Positions 7,290-16,804 of a stretch of DNA of 44,292 bases are shown in pieces. The position numbers were made by a program, and so were the translations under genes. Source of the DNA: Blastocatellia bacterium (GTDB lineage Bacteria; Acidobacteriota; Blastocatellia; RBC074); contig JANPFS010000166.1 in assembly GCA_031423535.1 (NCBI GenBank), positions 1 to 44,292 on the forward strand, written 5' to 3'. The notes under the pieces were generated by a model. The model was given only the letters and a program-made list of their open reading frames with translations, was not told the origin of the DNA and made no database searches. Each line of letters begins with the position of its first letter. The first letter of the stretch is position 1.

Positions 7290-7316
7290 AACAGTGCAAA
7301 TATTGCAAAATATATC

Positions 7317-7356
7317 ACCTGTTATTTGAAGCTAAAAACAATCCCAAATAACAGGT
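7317..7356 (-). terminator. hairpin just downstream of the stop of gene 7362..7730
   Basis: 12-bp arms ACCTGTTATTTG (7317-7328) and CAAATAACAGGT (7345-7356) with a 16-nt loop. The stem is AT-rich, so it would be a weak intrinsic terminator at best. Confidence 0.35.
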
Positions 7357-7361
7357 AAAAA

Positions 7362-7730
7362 TCACACTCCACTCAGCAACGAAAGCGCCTCGAACTCAGT
7401 AGGCGGCATATCGAAGATATATTCATAAATACCTTTGCCGGTTGGCGCGTCTTTGAGGAGGAAATCTTTATTGATTCGCCCCGCGTAGCAGTCCCCCATG
7501 CCTACAACCTTGCCCAGATCGTACTTCTTCCTCTTAATTGTGACCTGTTGCTCAGAAACTGTGGCTATTAGGACATCGCCGCGAGTTTCCCAGCCGGTCA
7601 CGGTATGCCAGGCACGAAGCTCTTCTGCGTCCAGTTTGATGTGTAACTTTCCATCAAGCGCCTGAAATCCTCTGATGGGACCAATCGCCAGTTGTGTGGT
7701 GTCGTTTTCTTGAATTAGTAAATATGCCAT
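7362..7730 (-). CDS. hypothetical protein (122 aa)
   Basis: ORF track. An AGGAG Shine-Dalgarno lies upstream (minus-strand TAGGAGTGAGGAATG). Confidence 0.6.
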   Translation of the reverse strand: MAYLLIQENDTTQLAIGPIRGFQALDGKLHIKLDAEELRAWHTVTGWETRGDVLIATVSEQQVTIKRKKYDLGKVVGMGDCYAGRINKDFLLKDAPTGKGIYEYIFDMPPTEFEALSLLSGV

Positions 7731-7821
7731 TCCTCACTCCTATGTGATCGTAATCGTTCAAAATTGTGGTGAGGAATTTTTCTTGTGAGGCTTCGCCGCT
7801 AACAATTTATGTTACGCAATT

Positions 7822-8817
7822 CTAGTGCCGAACAATTGCCTTCTTCAATAGAATCTGTTGTTTGCCTATTTTCGCGTCATCCATTCCTTTAACGCTGTCC
7901 CAAGTTGTTTGCCAGTTGGGCTGGGAGGATGTTTTAAGCCGTGCGGCAAGGATTCTCTGCTGCGCTTTCTGGACGTTGCGCCAGGCATCGGTGCCTTCCG
8001 TTTCCTTGTCGAAGCATAATACCATTTCATACGGCGCGAGCAACGGCATAAATTCCGCCAGCCCAATCGAAAGACCCGGTATCCCCACAATCCGATGATG
8101 CGGATAAAACAAAGCCAACACTTCGGCCTTCAATGCGCCTTCCGTGACCAGCACTTTAGTTTCCGTCGTCTCTGGCCAGATGTAATGAACGTGCGCGCGA
8201 CTGGTTGTCCCACGATGCAGTTTCGCCGATGTGAGCCAGCGATAGCGCTGGTCTTTGTTCTTCGTGGGGTAGCGTATTTGGAGCCCACGGATGGTGCCAT
8301 CAGTCGCGCGTGTAGGGATCAGCAGAGCATCTTTCTGGTCATACGGCGATCCCAGTCGCCATTCGACGTCCGAATGCCAGACGCCGGGCACGCCAGCCGG
8401 ATGGGTGATTTTGGATTGGTGAAGGATTTGATGTAGCAGGCGGGTGCGATCCCCCTTGCGACCAGGCAGCATCGCAAACGTGTCGTAGCTTGTGAAGCCT
8501 CTGGCAATAATGCCTTTCTGGGGATCGGTGATCAGCGGATGCAACGGCGGAATAGGCGAAGCCGCAACAATGGCGCTGTAAATCGTATGAATGAGGTTGT
8601 AATCAAGTGGTGGGGCGATGACTGGAGGGCAGGGAATTGCGCGGAGTTCTTCTTTGGTTTTGTGCGCGATAATGAAAATGCCGCTACCATCTTTGGCAAG
8701 CTTGTCAGCGCCTTCTGTGCTCCGAGCGCACAGGACTTTGTTGTCGTCATAGCTACACCATGTTGTCTTGCCGCAGACGGCGCACGGGTGAGAGGTTGTG
8801 ACGCGTTTGAGTGCCAT
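7822..8817 (-). CDS. zinc-ribbon plus Toprim-like protein (primase-like)
   Basis: N-terminal CAVCGKTTWC...VLCAR zinc-ribbon-like motif. C-terminal VLVTEGALKAEVLA resembles the Toprim Glu motif, followed by an acidic CFDKETEGTD. Confidence 0.55.
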   Translation of the reverse strand: MALKRVTTSHPCAVCGKTTWCSYDDNKVLCARSTEGADKLAKDGSGIFIIAHKTKEELRAIPCPPVIAPPLDYNLIHTIYSAIVAASPIPPLHPLITDPQKGIIARGFTSYDTFAMLPGRKGDRTRLLHQILHQSKITHPAGVPGVWHSDVEWRLGSPYDQKDALLIPTRATDGTIRGLQIRYPTKNKDQRYRWLTSAKLHRGTTSRAHVHYIWPETTETKVLVTEGALKAEVLALFYPHHRIVGIPGLSIGLAEFMPLLAPYEMVLCFDKETEGTDAWRNVQKAQQRILAARLKTSSQPNWQTTWDSVKGMDDAKIGKQQILLKKAIVRH

Positions 8818-8823
8818 AGAAAA

Positions 8824-8847
8824 AGGCTGTGAGACGGCTCACAGCCT
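8824..8847 (-). terminator. intrinsic terminator candidate after the bPH_2 gene, abutting the primase-like start codon
   Basis: 10-bp stem AGGCTGTGAG / CTCACAGCCT with a 4-nt loop. On the minus strand it is followed by TTTT, then CT, then the ATG at 8817. Confidence 0.5.
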
Positions 8848-8885
8848 GTAGCTTTGTATCGAAACGGGATGCGCTCACCCACCCT

Positions 8886-9380
8886 TCAACTCGCTTTCAT
8901 TTGCCGAATCATCTCCGCAACTTCGTATGGATTCGGCAATGATTCCAGCGTGATACGTTCACCGGAGGACGTGGTAATTATCACATTCCCAATGCCGAGT
9001 AAGCGGTTGAGCAGGTTCTGTTGCATCTGCACCGAATTGATTTTTGCTGCATCAATTGTTTGTGAAAAAGTCGCGAGAACGGAGCGTGTTATATGAATTT
9101 CGCTCGGTTGAATTTCATATCGTGTCGAAATGAGATTTATGAATTCCCACCCACAGGCGAAAAATGGTATGGTGGAAAGTAGGAGCAATAATATTATAAA
9201 AGTTGGTTGTGCTGTTGGCGAAGCAGGTTTTATTAGTTCGTAACAGGTGAAGATACTAAACCCCAAGCCAACGGGAATGAACATTAGCATTGATTGAGTT
9301 ACCCCCTTCGGTGAGGGCTTGATTACTCCTGAAGGCAGGGAGTTTGTTGGTTTAATTGAGCTTATGGTAGAGGTTGTCAT
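8886..9380 (-). CDS. membrane protein with bacterial PH (bPH_2 / YdbS-YdbT-like) domain
   Basis: Two N-terminal hydrophobic helices. Followed by YEIQPSEIHITRSVLATFSQTIDAAKINSVQMQQNLLNRLLGIGNVIITTS, which is typical of bPH_2. Confidence 0.6.
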   Translation of the reverse strand: MTTSTISSIKPTNSLPSGVIKPSPKGVTQSMLMFIPVGLGFSIFTCYELIKPASPTAQPTFIILLLLLSTIPFFACGWEFINLISTRYEIQPSEIHITRSVLATFSQTIDAAKINSVQMQQNLLNRLLGIGNVIITTSSGERITLESLPNPYEVAEMIRQMKAS

Positions 9381-9433
9381 TATTTTCTTTCAGTAATTTG
9401 AATTTCCTATCACTTCCTTACGACCATAAAAAC

Positions 9434-11401
9434 CTAAAATCTCATCGTCATGCCTGTTTCCAACCGACGTGATATATCACGTGACATGGTGGCAATCAAT
9501 TGGGCAACGGCTCGTTCGTTGGCTGTTTTGACGGCAGTGTCTTGGAGGATACTGGCCGACTTCATTTGCGCTGTTTGACTGATTTGATTGGCGTTTAAGC
9601 TAAGACCATAATTGCTTCGCGCATTCGCCATCTGGATGCCATAGGAGCTGTTAATGCCGCCCATGGAGGCGTTTCGTTGCGCGGCAGCCGCATCGAGGGA
9701 GACATTTCTCCGGGTGCCTTCGATCCCTTCCATTCTGGCGGCGTAGCCTTCCTGGTTCCTCATGTTCTTTTCGGCAGCAATCTGTACATTGAGTTGGTTC
9801 GCTTCTGTTGTGCTCCGAATATTTCTTCGGCTATCGTCTGAGGTAAACCCGATAGTCTGAATGTTCATGATGCTACCGGTACCGGCAGCGAGCGCGCCTA
9901 CTCCTGGAATTATGGCTCCACCTTCACCCCCGCCTCCAGCACTTCCGATAGCTCCCTTTATTCCGCTGATTGCTGCTTGTTGTTGTTCTTTGCTTTCACT
10001 TATTTTTGATCCCCAAATGTCCTTATCCTTCTGGATGCCAAATCCCGTGATCTCCTTCTCTTTCCCCGTTCCAATTTGCGCTACTTGAGAATCCCTATTG
10101 GCAAAAAAGGTATTCTTGGCGGCTTCGTAATTGGCATTCGCCATCATAGAAGTTGCCGTGAATGCCCCTTGTGTCTGGGCCATTCCTCCCGCACGAGCAG
10201 CCTCCGCTTGGGATTGACCGGAATTCTTGCCCATTAGGGACTGAATATCGGCGACGCGCTTCTGCGCTTCCGCCAGCGTGGAGGCGGATTCGTATTGGCC
10301 ATGGGCTTGCTGTTGTTCGGCTTGTTTTTGAATGGTGGTGGAGGCGCGAATACCGGTGTATTCCAGCGCACCACCGGTGAAGCCTGCAATCCAGCCAGAT
10401 AATGTCGAAGAAACAGCTTCAAAGATCTGCCCCTGCATGAGTTTATAGCTCAAATAAGGGCTGGCCATCAAGATCAAGCCGGCAATGGCCATTCCGATTC
10501 CTCCGAAGATGGCAGCGTAGAGCGGGCTTCCACCTGTCGCATCGCGCATCATGATGGCGGAAGCCGCTGGATCGTAGACAAATAAATAGTTCTCGGTGTC
10601 GAGACCTCGAATGGTCATGTTCGCCATGGCGTACACGATGATGCGAATGATCTGGCTCATCAAGGGAGTGATCAGTGTGAAGATCAGCACCGACCACAAA
10701 AACGGAATGCTCATTTTCTTGCGGGTGTCGGGATCAATGGCCATGGCTGCCATCAACGGCCCGGCCAAGCGGAACGCCAGCAAAATCCACTCGGTCATCA
10801 CGAGCAAAAAGATGTTACTGAATTCCAGGAGGCCGCGCCCCAGATTTAACGCGGCAAACATCCGTTTGAGCGAGTTCGGGTCGTCCTCGCGAAGGATGTC
10901 TTCCATCTTGGTGATGGGTGCTTCGCGCAACGCTCCCATCACCGCCTCCACGCTCCCAATGGAACCCGGTTCGACCTGGAAGTAGTGCTTGGTCATGGAG
11001 CGAAACGAGCCATCAAAGGCCGTGCGCTGATTATTGAGACTGATCTGGATCGGTGTAAAACTCCCGATCGCCTGCCCCATGATTTCCAGTTTATTGACCA
11101 CCATCGCTGAGTACGCAACCAGGATGATGAGTACAACGGTACGCACGAAGAACCAAACCATCTGATCGAACTCGACCTTATTGATGTAGCTCATCATCTT
11201 CCAGATCGCGAGAAAAACCATGATGGCGGCCACGACGAAGCAAAGCTGCATCAATGGTTTTTTAACGGCACCCTCCACCTCGTCAATCACCATTGGCAAC
11301 ATACGGGAAACCGCTGCGATGAGTCGAGTAACCGGGGAAGCGGGGGCTGCTGCCGGAACAGGGCCGAGCACGGGAACGGTTTGAAGAATGAATGCGAGCA
11401 T
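9434..11401 (-). CDS. trbL: TrbL/VirB6-like polytopic T4SS membrane protein with a long low-complexity C-terminal extension
   Basis: Multiple TM helices. Lies immediately after the trbJ-like gene, in canonical Trb order. Start trimmed to the ATG at 11401 (AAGGAAA SD upstream), because the track start 11527 overlaps the trbJ-like gene. Confidence 0.65.
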   Translation of the reverse strand: MLAFILQTVPVLGPVPAAAPASPVTRLIAAVSRMLPMVIDEVEGAVKKPLMQLCFVVAAIMVFLAIWKMMSYINKVEFDQMVWFFVRTVVLIILVAYSAMVVNKLEIMGQAIGSFTPIQISLNNQRTAFDGSFRSMTKHYFQVEPGSIGSVEAVMGALREAPITKMEDILREDDPNSLKRMFAALNLGRGLLEFSNIFLLVMTEWILLAFRLAGPLMAAMAIDPDTRKKMSIPFLWSVLIFTLITPLMSQIIRIIVYAMANMTIRGLDTENYLFVYDPAASAIMMRDATGGSPLYAAIFGGIGMAIAGLILMASPYLSYKLMQGQIFEAVSSTLSGWIAGFTGGALEYTGIRASTTIQKQAEQQQAHGQYESASTLAEAQKRVADIQSLMGKNSGQSQAEAARAGGMAQTQGAFTATSMMANANYEAAKNTFFANRDSQVAQIGTGKEKEITGFGIQKDKDIWGSKISESKEQQQAAISGIKGAIGSAGGGGEGGAIIPGVGALAAGTGSIMNIQTIGFTSDDSRRNIRSTTEANQLNVQIAAEKNMRNQEGYAARMEGIEGTRRNVSLDAAAAQRNASMGGINSSYGIQMANARSNYGLSLNANQISQTAQMKSASILQDTAVKTANERAVAQLIATMSRDISRRLETGMTMRF

Positions 11402-11454
11402 AGAGTTTCCTTTTTGATAGTTGTGATTGGAAAAAGTAAAAAGACGAGGTGTTT

Positions 11455-12306
11455 CTACTCCTTTTTTTGCCGGAATTTGCTGAACGTGGTCAACGTCTCC
11501 TTCGTTTCGTCGGCGAGGTTTTCCCACGCCTTATTCGTGTCATCAATTTCTTTGCCAAACATCCGGCCTTGGCTATGGGTGGCTTTGATGGCTTCAGTGC
11601 GTTTTTCAACCTTTTCTTGCTGCTCGCGAAACTCTTTGAGCGCGGCCTGTTGCTTGAGGCGCAGCGCTTCCTTCTGGGTTTCCAGTTGGGCAATTTGCAC
11701 GTCTCGGTCAGGACAGTCGTCGCAGTTCATCAATTCCTTGATGTTTTCTTCTCGACTTAGAATGGCCTGCTCAAATTCAGCCGTTTGCGAACTGAGTGCG
11801 ATGTTTTGCTCTTTCATCGTGATGATTTCTTTATCACCCCGAATAACCTGATCGGTCTTATACAATTCATTCTCAGCGGTGCGACCAATGGAGTGTTCCA
11901 GGTAGCGTTCAAACTCGGCCAAATCCTGCTCTGGATTCAAAATGCCGTTGAGTGCGCGGCGCTGAATCCCCATAAAGATGCGGCCTTGTGAAGTCAACAG
12001 GTTCTCAATTTGCCATTTGAGCCTGAACCCCATCCGAATGAGTTTTCCCCATTCGCTGATCTTGTACTGGGCGAGTAGCTTCTCGCTGGATTGCAAGATG
12101 GAACGCAAGTTGGTCACTTGCTGAATGTTTTTCTGAATCATTGTCTCGTATTGCTGAATGGCGGTAAGCCATTGCTGCAACTGGTTTAAGGCATTGATAT
12201 TTGCAACCGGGTCATAGACTGTCCATTGGGCTTGCACCGTCGCGGTTGGGAAGAGCAGCGCGCTCAGAAGAATTCCGATCAAAATTGGTTTGGTAATTTT
12301 CGTCAT
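11455..12306 (-). CDS. trbJ: TrbJ/VirB5-like T4SS protein
   Basis: Signal peptide MTKITKPILIGILLSALLFPTATVQAQ followed by WTVYDPVANINALNQLQQWL, a typical TrbJ N-terminus. The rest looks coiled-coil. Lies between the trbE-like and trbL-like genes. Confidence 0.65.
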   Translation of the reverse strand: MTKITKPILIGILLSALLFPTATVQAQWTVYDPVANINALNQLQQWLTAIQQYETMIQKNIQQVTNLRSILQSSEKLLAQYKISEWGKLIRMGFRLKWQIENLLTSQGRIFMGIQRRALNGILNPEQDLAEFERYLEHSIGRTAENELYKTDQVIRGDKEIITMKEQNIALSSQTAEFEQAILSREENIKELMNCDDCPDRDVQIAQLETQKEALRLKQQAALKEFREQQEKVEKRTEAIKATHSQGRMFGKEIDDTNKAWENLADETKETLTTFSKFRQKKE

Positions 12307-12327
12307 AATAATTTCCTTTCGGGGGGA

Positions 12328-15030
12328 TTAGGCTAATAGCGATTCGTCAATGTTGCTGCGACCAATGCTGGTTAAGCCGCGTGGGTATAACTGGGCAAGC
12401 CAACCAACGCAATCGGCTGTTGTCCATTCCGGGCGCAACGCCTGAACCCGCGTACGCGCATTGCGTTCATCCGGGTGACTCGTGCTGACCCATAATTCAA
12501 CCGGCGAAAGCTCGACCTGAATCATCTCCACTTTCTGACTGGCATCGGAGCCATAGACCGTCAGGAACTGGGCGTGTTGACCAGCTACATTATGAATGCC
12601 CCGGATAGCGGACTCCGTATTGGGCGAGAATCCACAGGCTATGGCCAGGTCTTCAATCCTGCTGCTCTGCTTGCCGATGATGCGAAAGCCTGCGTTGTCG
12701 CGGAAAGCGGGGATATCTTCAATGTTGGAGTAGGACTGTCCTTCAATGAGCGTCACTACGTTTTCTTTCCGTCCCGTCTGCGCGGACTTCACAAAGACCG
12801 GAATGATCTGCGGATATTCACGCCGGATTTCATTTAGCTCCAATGCCACGTTGAGCATCGGAGAAAAGGTTCCATCCGCATTGGGCTTGCCTACAGAACG
12901 CAGCACGCGCGCGATAATCGCTGATGCCAATGCGACCTTGATTGGGCCGGAGAACTCGTTCAGATTGCCAAGCTCGTAGACGTCAAAGGCGGTGTCTTTG
13001 ATAAAATCTGGATGTGTCGGCGCGTCTACGAAATATTTGTCGCGGTATTTCTCCAATGAATTGCGAACTTCTGCGGCGCGTTCTTTCAGGCGGCCTTCGT
13101 AGTTCCAACTGGAAAGCATGTCCAGCAACTTGCTCAAGGTCGGTTCCTTTTTCTCTGCCCGGTTGCGGTTGATGCTCTCAAATTCTTTGTACACTTCCTG
13201 CACCATCAACACGATGATGTCGTAGGCCGTGTTGTCGGTGAACGGAATGCCCGCGAGATTCATGTAGAAATCGCTGACAATCCCGATCTGCCCGTCATCC
13301 GGTGCGACCCCTTCGTAAAAGCCTGGATAAAACCAAATATTGAGGGTCTTATTCGTATTCGGGTCGAGCTTGATATGTCGCCCGCCTAAGACTTCGGTCA
13401 ATGGTTTCAGCCCTTCGCGGTAATCCACGGCTTTCACGCGTGCGTTCGGAATGCTGGCTAAGACATCCTGAATGATCTTGCCAATGAGCGTGGTCTTGCC
13501 ATTACCAGAGGCCGCGAGAAAGATGCCCAGTGGCGATGGCGTAATCGTTCGATCAAATAAATTCATCCCGTGCAGCCGATTGCTCGGTGTCGTGAAGATG
13601 CTGTGTGGTTTGTTCGCGCCCGGCCATTCCAATTCCTGGGGTACCAGCGCGGCTAAACTTCCTGCTGTTTCTTCAATTTCACGCCCCGTGGGCTGAGCGC
13701 TAAACTCGCCAATACAGGATTTGGGATATAGGCTACTGAGTGCGGCTGGTTCTTCGCGCTGGACTTCGGCTCCCTGAAATTGTCGGAAGGCGCTGATCAG
13801 GATTTCGGTGTTTTCTTCCAATGCTTTGAGGCTGGCGGTTAATTCATCGCGCGTGCGGCTCGGCGCACCGTAGATTACACAATAACTGCGCAGGGCGACC
13901 AGACACTCACGGCCCGTCGCAAGGTCTTCTTGCAGATCGTGCAACTCGCGGATCGCTAAATCCGCCGTCTTGTCGAGCTTGGTTTTGCCCGTTGCTGACG
14001 TTTTGGATCGTCCGGCCTGTCCGTACCGTTTGTTGAGTTTTGACTTGGCCTTCTTCTGATCCACTGAAACAAATTCGTGAACAAGCGTCCAGCGGCCAAA
14101 ATTGAGATTGCCGTTAAGGGTGAGCGAACGCATCGCCTTCTCGGTAATCTCCGGTTGCGGCGGTGCCAGCATGGAAATCACGACGGCGGGTGTGCTGCCG
14201 TGCATGACGTACCAGCCATTGGTCGTAATGCTCTCGGCACACAAATAGTCACGGACATCGTGACCGTCGCGCGGCACAGGCGGACAGGTCATAGCATCCT
14301 GTCGGGCCGAGAGGTAGAGGCCACCCCAGGTTTGATCTTTCGAGAGCGTTGTATAGGGCACGGGGCATTCCTGCTCAAACAGTCGGAATATCTTATTCGC
14401 TTCGGTAAAAGCTTGCTGCTCTTCCTCAATCAGCCGCGTGGTGAGATTGCTTCCGCCGCCGGTGAAGAGGTCTTTGATTTGGTCGGTCAGGCTCACGGAG
14501 GATCTGGTCTCCGGTGTCTTCACCCAGACAGTGATCAAGGGCAGGCGGAAACGTCCCGTGGCACATTCCCCTAACATGTAAGATGCCCCAAGCATGTGCA
14601 TTTGTAAGGCTTGTTGGTCTACCGGTGTATCTTCGATTGTGGTTAGGTGAGCTATGATCATCTCGCCGGGATCGGGTACGTTCGACATCCGAAATTGGAT
14701 GACTGTGCCGGCGGGGAGTTTTGCGCGAAACAACATCGCCCAACGACCAATCTGGTCAATTAAGGTCCCATCGTGTCCGAATTGTGTCGGGTTGGGATTG
14801 AGCCAATAGCCTTTCGTATAGCTCCCGTCTTTATTCCGAATTGCATCTTGATAAACCCCAATCGCCTGACAATCCCGGGTCGGAGGTTTGCGGCTGAAGG
14901 TGTTGCGGGGTTTGCGGATTTCTTTGGGTCCTTTGAGTTTGGCTAGAGGATAGAGCGTTTTGACAGCCCCTATTGCGACTCCAATTCCTGCACCAAGAGC
15001 TCCCACTGCTGCGAGTAGTGCTGCGTCCAT
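12328..15030 (-). CDS. trbE: VirB4/TrbE T4SS ATPase
   Basis: About 900 aa. Walker A in FLAASGNGKTTLIGKI. Synteny follows trbC-trbD-trbE. Start set at ATG 15030, where GGAGG sits inside the end of the trbD-like gene; the track start 15135 overlaps that gene. Confidence 0.85.
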   Translation of the reverse strand: MDAALLAAVGALGAGIGVAIGAVKTLYPLAKLKGPKEIRKPRNTFSRKPPTRDCQAIGVYQDAIRNKDGSYTKGYWLNPNPTQFGHDGTLIDQIGRWAMLFRAKLPAGTVIQFRMSNVPDPGEMIIAHLTTIEDTPVDQQALQMHMLGASYMLGECATGRFRLPLITVWVKTPETRSSVSLTDQIKDLFTGGGSNLTTRLIEEEQQAFTEANKIFRLFEQECPVPYTTLSKDQTWGGLYLSARQDAMTCPPVPRDGHDVRDYLCAESITTNGWYVMHGSTPAVVISMLAPPQPEITEKAMRSLTLNGNLNFGRWTLVHEFVSVDQKKAKSKLNKRYGQAGRSKTSATGKTKLDKTADLAIRELHDLQEDLATGRECLVALRSYCVIYGAPSRTRDELTASLKALEENTEILISAFRQFQGAEVQREEPAALSSLYPKSCIGEFSAQPTGREIEETAGSLAALVPQELEWPGANKPHSIFTTPSNRLHGMNLFDRTITPSPLGIFLAASGNGKTTLIGKIIQDVLASIPNARVKAVDYREGLKPLTEVLGGRHIKLDPNTNKTLNIWFYPGFYEGVAPDDGQIGIVSDFYMNLAGIPFTDNTAYDIIVLMVQEVYKEFESINRNRAEKKEPTLSKLLDMLSSWNYEGRLKERAAEVRNSLEKYRDKYFVDAPTHPDFIKDTAFDVYELGNLNEFSGPIKVALASAIIARVLRSVGKPNADGTFSPMLNVALELNEIRREYPQIIPVFVKSAQTGRKENVVTLIEGQSYSNIEDIPAFRDNAGFRIIGKQSSRIEDLAIACGFSPNTESAIRGIHNVAGQHAQFLTVYGSDASQKVEMIQVELSPVELWVSTSHPDERNARTRVQALRPEWTTADCVGWLAQLYPRGLTSIGRSNIDESLLA

Positions 15031-15032
15031 GG

Positions 15033-15356
15033 TTATTTGTCCTCCGAACGAATCCAGGCGGATTGATAGGTTTGATTGACGGGAGTTCCCTTTGTCTTGC
15101 TGCGACCGAACGATTCCAATTGGTGTTCCAGCCACCGATTGGGTTTACCGTCGCGAATGTACCGGAAGCTTGCGGCCAGGATGGCTAACATTACGATCCC
15201 GCTAATGAATGGCACGGGGATCGCGGTTTGAAAGTCCAGGAGCATCAGGATGAAAAACACGGCGACGGCGCCGATGATGGAGATGCCCCAGTCTTCATCG
15301 GTCAACCCAAGCCGAAGAAACGGCTTGAAAATTACGGAACGGATCGGATAGCGCAT
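15033..15356 (-). CDS. trbD: VirB3/TrbD-like small membrane protein
   Basis: 107 aa starting at the internal Met of track ORF 15033..15602: MRYPIRSVIFKPFLRLGLTDEDWGISIIGAVAVFFILMLL.... Two TM helices. Lies between the pilin gene and the VirB4-like gene. Confidence 0.6.
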   Translation of the reverse strand: MRYPIRSVIFKPFLRLGLTDEDWGISIIGAVAVFFILMLLDFQTAIPVPFISGIVMLAILAASFRYIRDGKPNRWLEHQLESFGRSKTKGTPVNQTYQSAWIRSEDK

Positions 15357-15427
15357 AAGCTGTTTCTCGAAAAAAGAGGGCGGCAGCCTTGCCACCGCCC
15401 GAGTCTGAGATGGGAAAAATGAACGAG

Positions 15428-15790
15428 TTAGAAACCGAGGGAGGCTTCTTTGCCCTGGGCAATGTTGAAGACAAAGTGGACGATGCCGGAAATGGCGAAC
15501 AGCACGAACGCGGCAATCAAGGGTTTGACCCAGGGTTGGTTGTTTAGGATATTGAAGCCCATCATGACGATGGCAACCACACCGCCCACACCGCACGCCC
15601 ATTTGAGCAGCTTAAAAACCTGGGTTACGCCATTTTGGAAGTTGGCACCTGCCGCGCCGTCGGAGAACACGCCATTGTCCGGCAGTTGCGCGTAGGCACA
15701 TGCCCCGAAGATGCCAAAAATGATGGCGTAGGAAAGTACCGTGCGAATAGTTCCGCTGTGCTTTTTCAGAAATGAAATTGAATTTTGCAT
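15428..15790 (-). CDS. trbC: VirB2/TrbC-type pilin precursor
   Basis: 120 aa with a signal-like N-terminus ending ACAYAQ and two hydrophobic helices. It is the first gene of the minus-strand T4SS operon. Confidence 0.6.
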   Translation of the reverse strand: MQNSISFLKKHSGTIRTVLSYAIIFGIFGACAYAQLPDNGVFSDGAAGANFQNGVTQVFKLLKWACGVGGVVAIVMMGFNILNNQPWVKPLIAAFVLFAISGIVHFVFNIAQGKEASLGF

Positions 15791-15971
15791 AAATGTCTGT
15801 GTCCTTTGTAAGTGGTGCGGGGACGTTGCATCACGAATCTCAAAGTGTCGCTTGGACGAGGATTAGCTAGTGCAAAACTCGTGCCGCTGCTGTGACAATG
15901 TTGCAAAGATGAAAAATAATTCCTCAAACGGGCGAGTTTAGCGTGTCTTGGAACAAGGGTTGCTTGGCAGG

Positions 15972-16751
15972 ATGGCTATGAATCGAAGCTGCATATTTGT
16001 CTTATTGGTTGGTTTGTTGATCGCCCCTGTACGGGCGCAGCAGGCGATCCAGGTAAGCTGGCGCGCCGTGCAACGCGGTACCGTTTATGAACCGCGCATG
16101 ATAGAGGAAGCGGCAAAGGCCAAGCTTGACCCGCGCTGGATTTGGATTGTGGGCTATCTCGAATCGAAATTTATACCGAGCGCGCGTTCCAACGCAAATG
16201 CTCATGGAATGATGCAGTTTATCCCGGCGACCGCTGCTCGCTTTGGCATCACCAATGTCTACGATCCCCATCAGTCAATCATCGGCGCGGCGAAGTATCT
16301 GGGATTCCTGAGCCGTCGCTATAACGGCAACGTCTATTCAGTTCTCGCTGGCTATAATGCTGGCGAAGGTGCTGTTGACGCATACCTGTCGGGCGAATCC
16401 AAAACATTGTCCAACGGGAAAGTCATCAATCCACGCAAAATTAAAACAGCGCACGGCGTGCCGCCTTATGCCGAAACGATGAATTATGTGAATGAGGGCG
16501 CACGCCTACTCTCCATGATGCCCGGACTCGAAGAGCGAGAGGCCGGCGCACCCGTCATTGCGATACAAGCAAATGGGCAGATACTGCCAGAGGAAATCAA
16601 AGCCGAAGTCGTGGAAATCCGCCCCTCCAGAGCGATACTCTTTGAGTATGAAGCGAGTACCGAACCGACTAAACCGTTGGCAGAGGAAGAAAAAGCCATT
16701 GCGGCAGGAGGGAATCCCCAGCCGAAAACGAAATCTGTCATTTTTCAATAA
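15972..16751 (+). CDS. lytic transglycosylase (SLT domain, VirB1-like)
   Basis: SLT motifs GYLESKF (catalytic Glu), AHGMMQFIPATA and LAGYNAGEGAV. Signal peptide MAMNRSCIFVLLVGLLIAPVRAQ. Start moved from the TTG at 15948 to the ATG at 15972. Confidence 0.85.
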   Translation: MAMNRSCIFVLLVGLLIAPVRAQQAIQVSWRAVQRGTVYEPRMIEEAAKAKLDPRWIWIVGYLESKFIPSARSNANAHGMMQFIPATAARFGITNVYDPHQSIIGAAKYLGFLSRRYNGNVYSVLAGYNAGEGAVDAYLSGESKTLSNGKVINPRKIKTAHGVPPYAETMNYVNEGARLLSMMPGLEEREAGAPVIAIQANGQILPEEIKAEVVEIRPSRAILFEYEASTEPTKPLAEEEKAIAAGGNPQPKTKSVIFQ

Positions 16752-16804
16752 TGAGTGGTTTTACCGCGCAATTGCGAAGCTAAACCACGCAACGAGGAAT
16801 TATT

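Noticed and set aside
6805-7320. Possible CRISPR array in the repeat-dense non-coding region
   Set aside because: The repeats are 11-19 bp, of several unrelated types and in mixed orientation. They lack regular repeat-spacer periodicity of about 30 bp repeats with 30-40 bp spacers. No cas genes are present other than a lone Cas4-like nuclease.
7503-7516. 9-nt match (AACCTTGCC) between the 5-prime part of the omega-RNA-like region (28611-28619) and gene 7362..7730 as a possible guide target
   Set aside because: A 9-mer match is expected by chance in about 88 kb of two-strand sequence. It does not extend further.
11402-11527. N-terminal 42-aa extension of the trbL-like ORF
   Set aside because: It overlaps the 3-prime end of the trbJ-like gene by 73 bp. 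The ATG at 11401 has an AAGGAAA SD and starts directly with the hydrophobic N-terminus.
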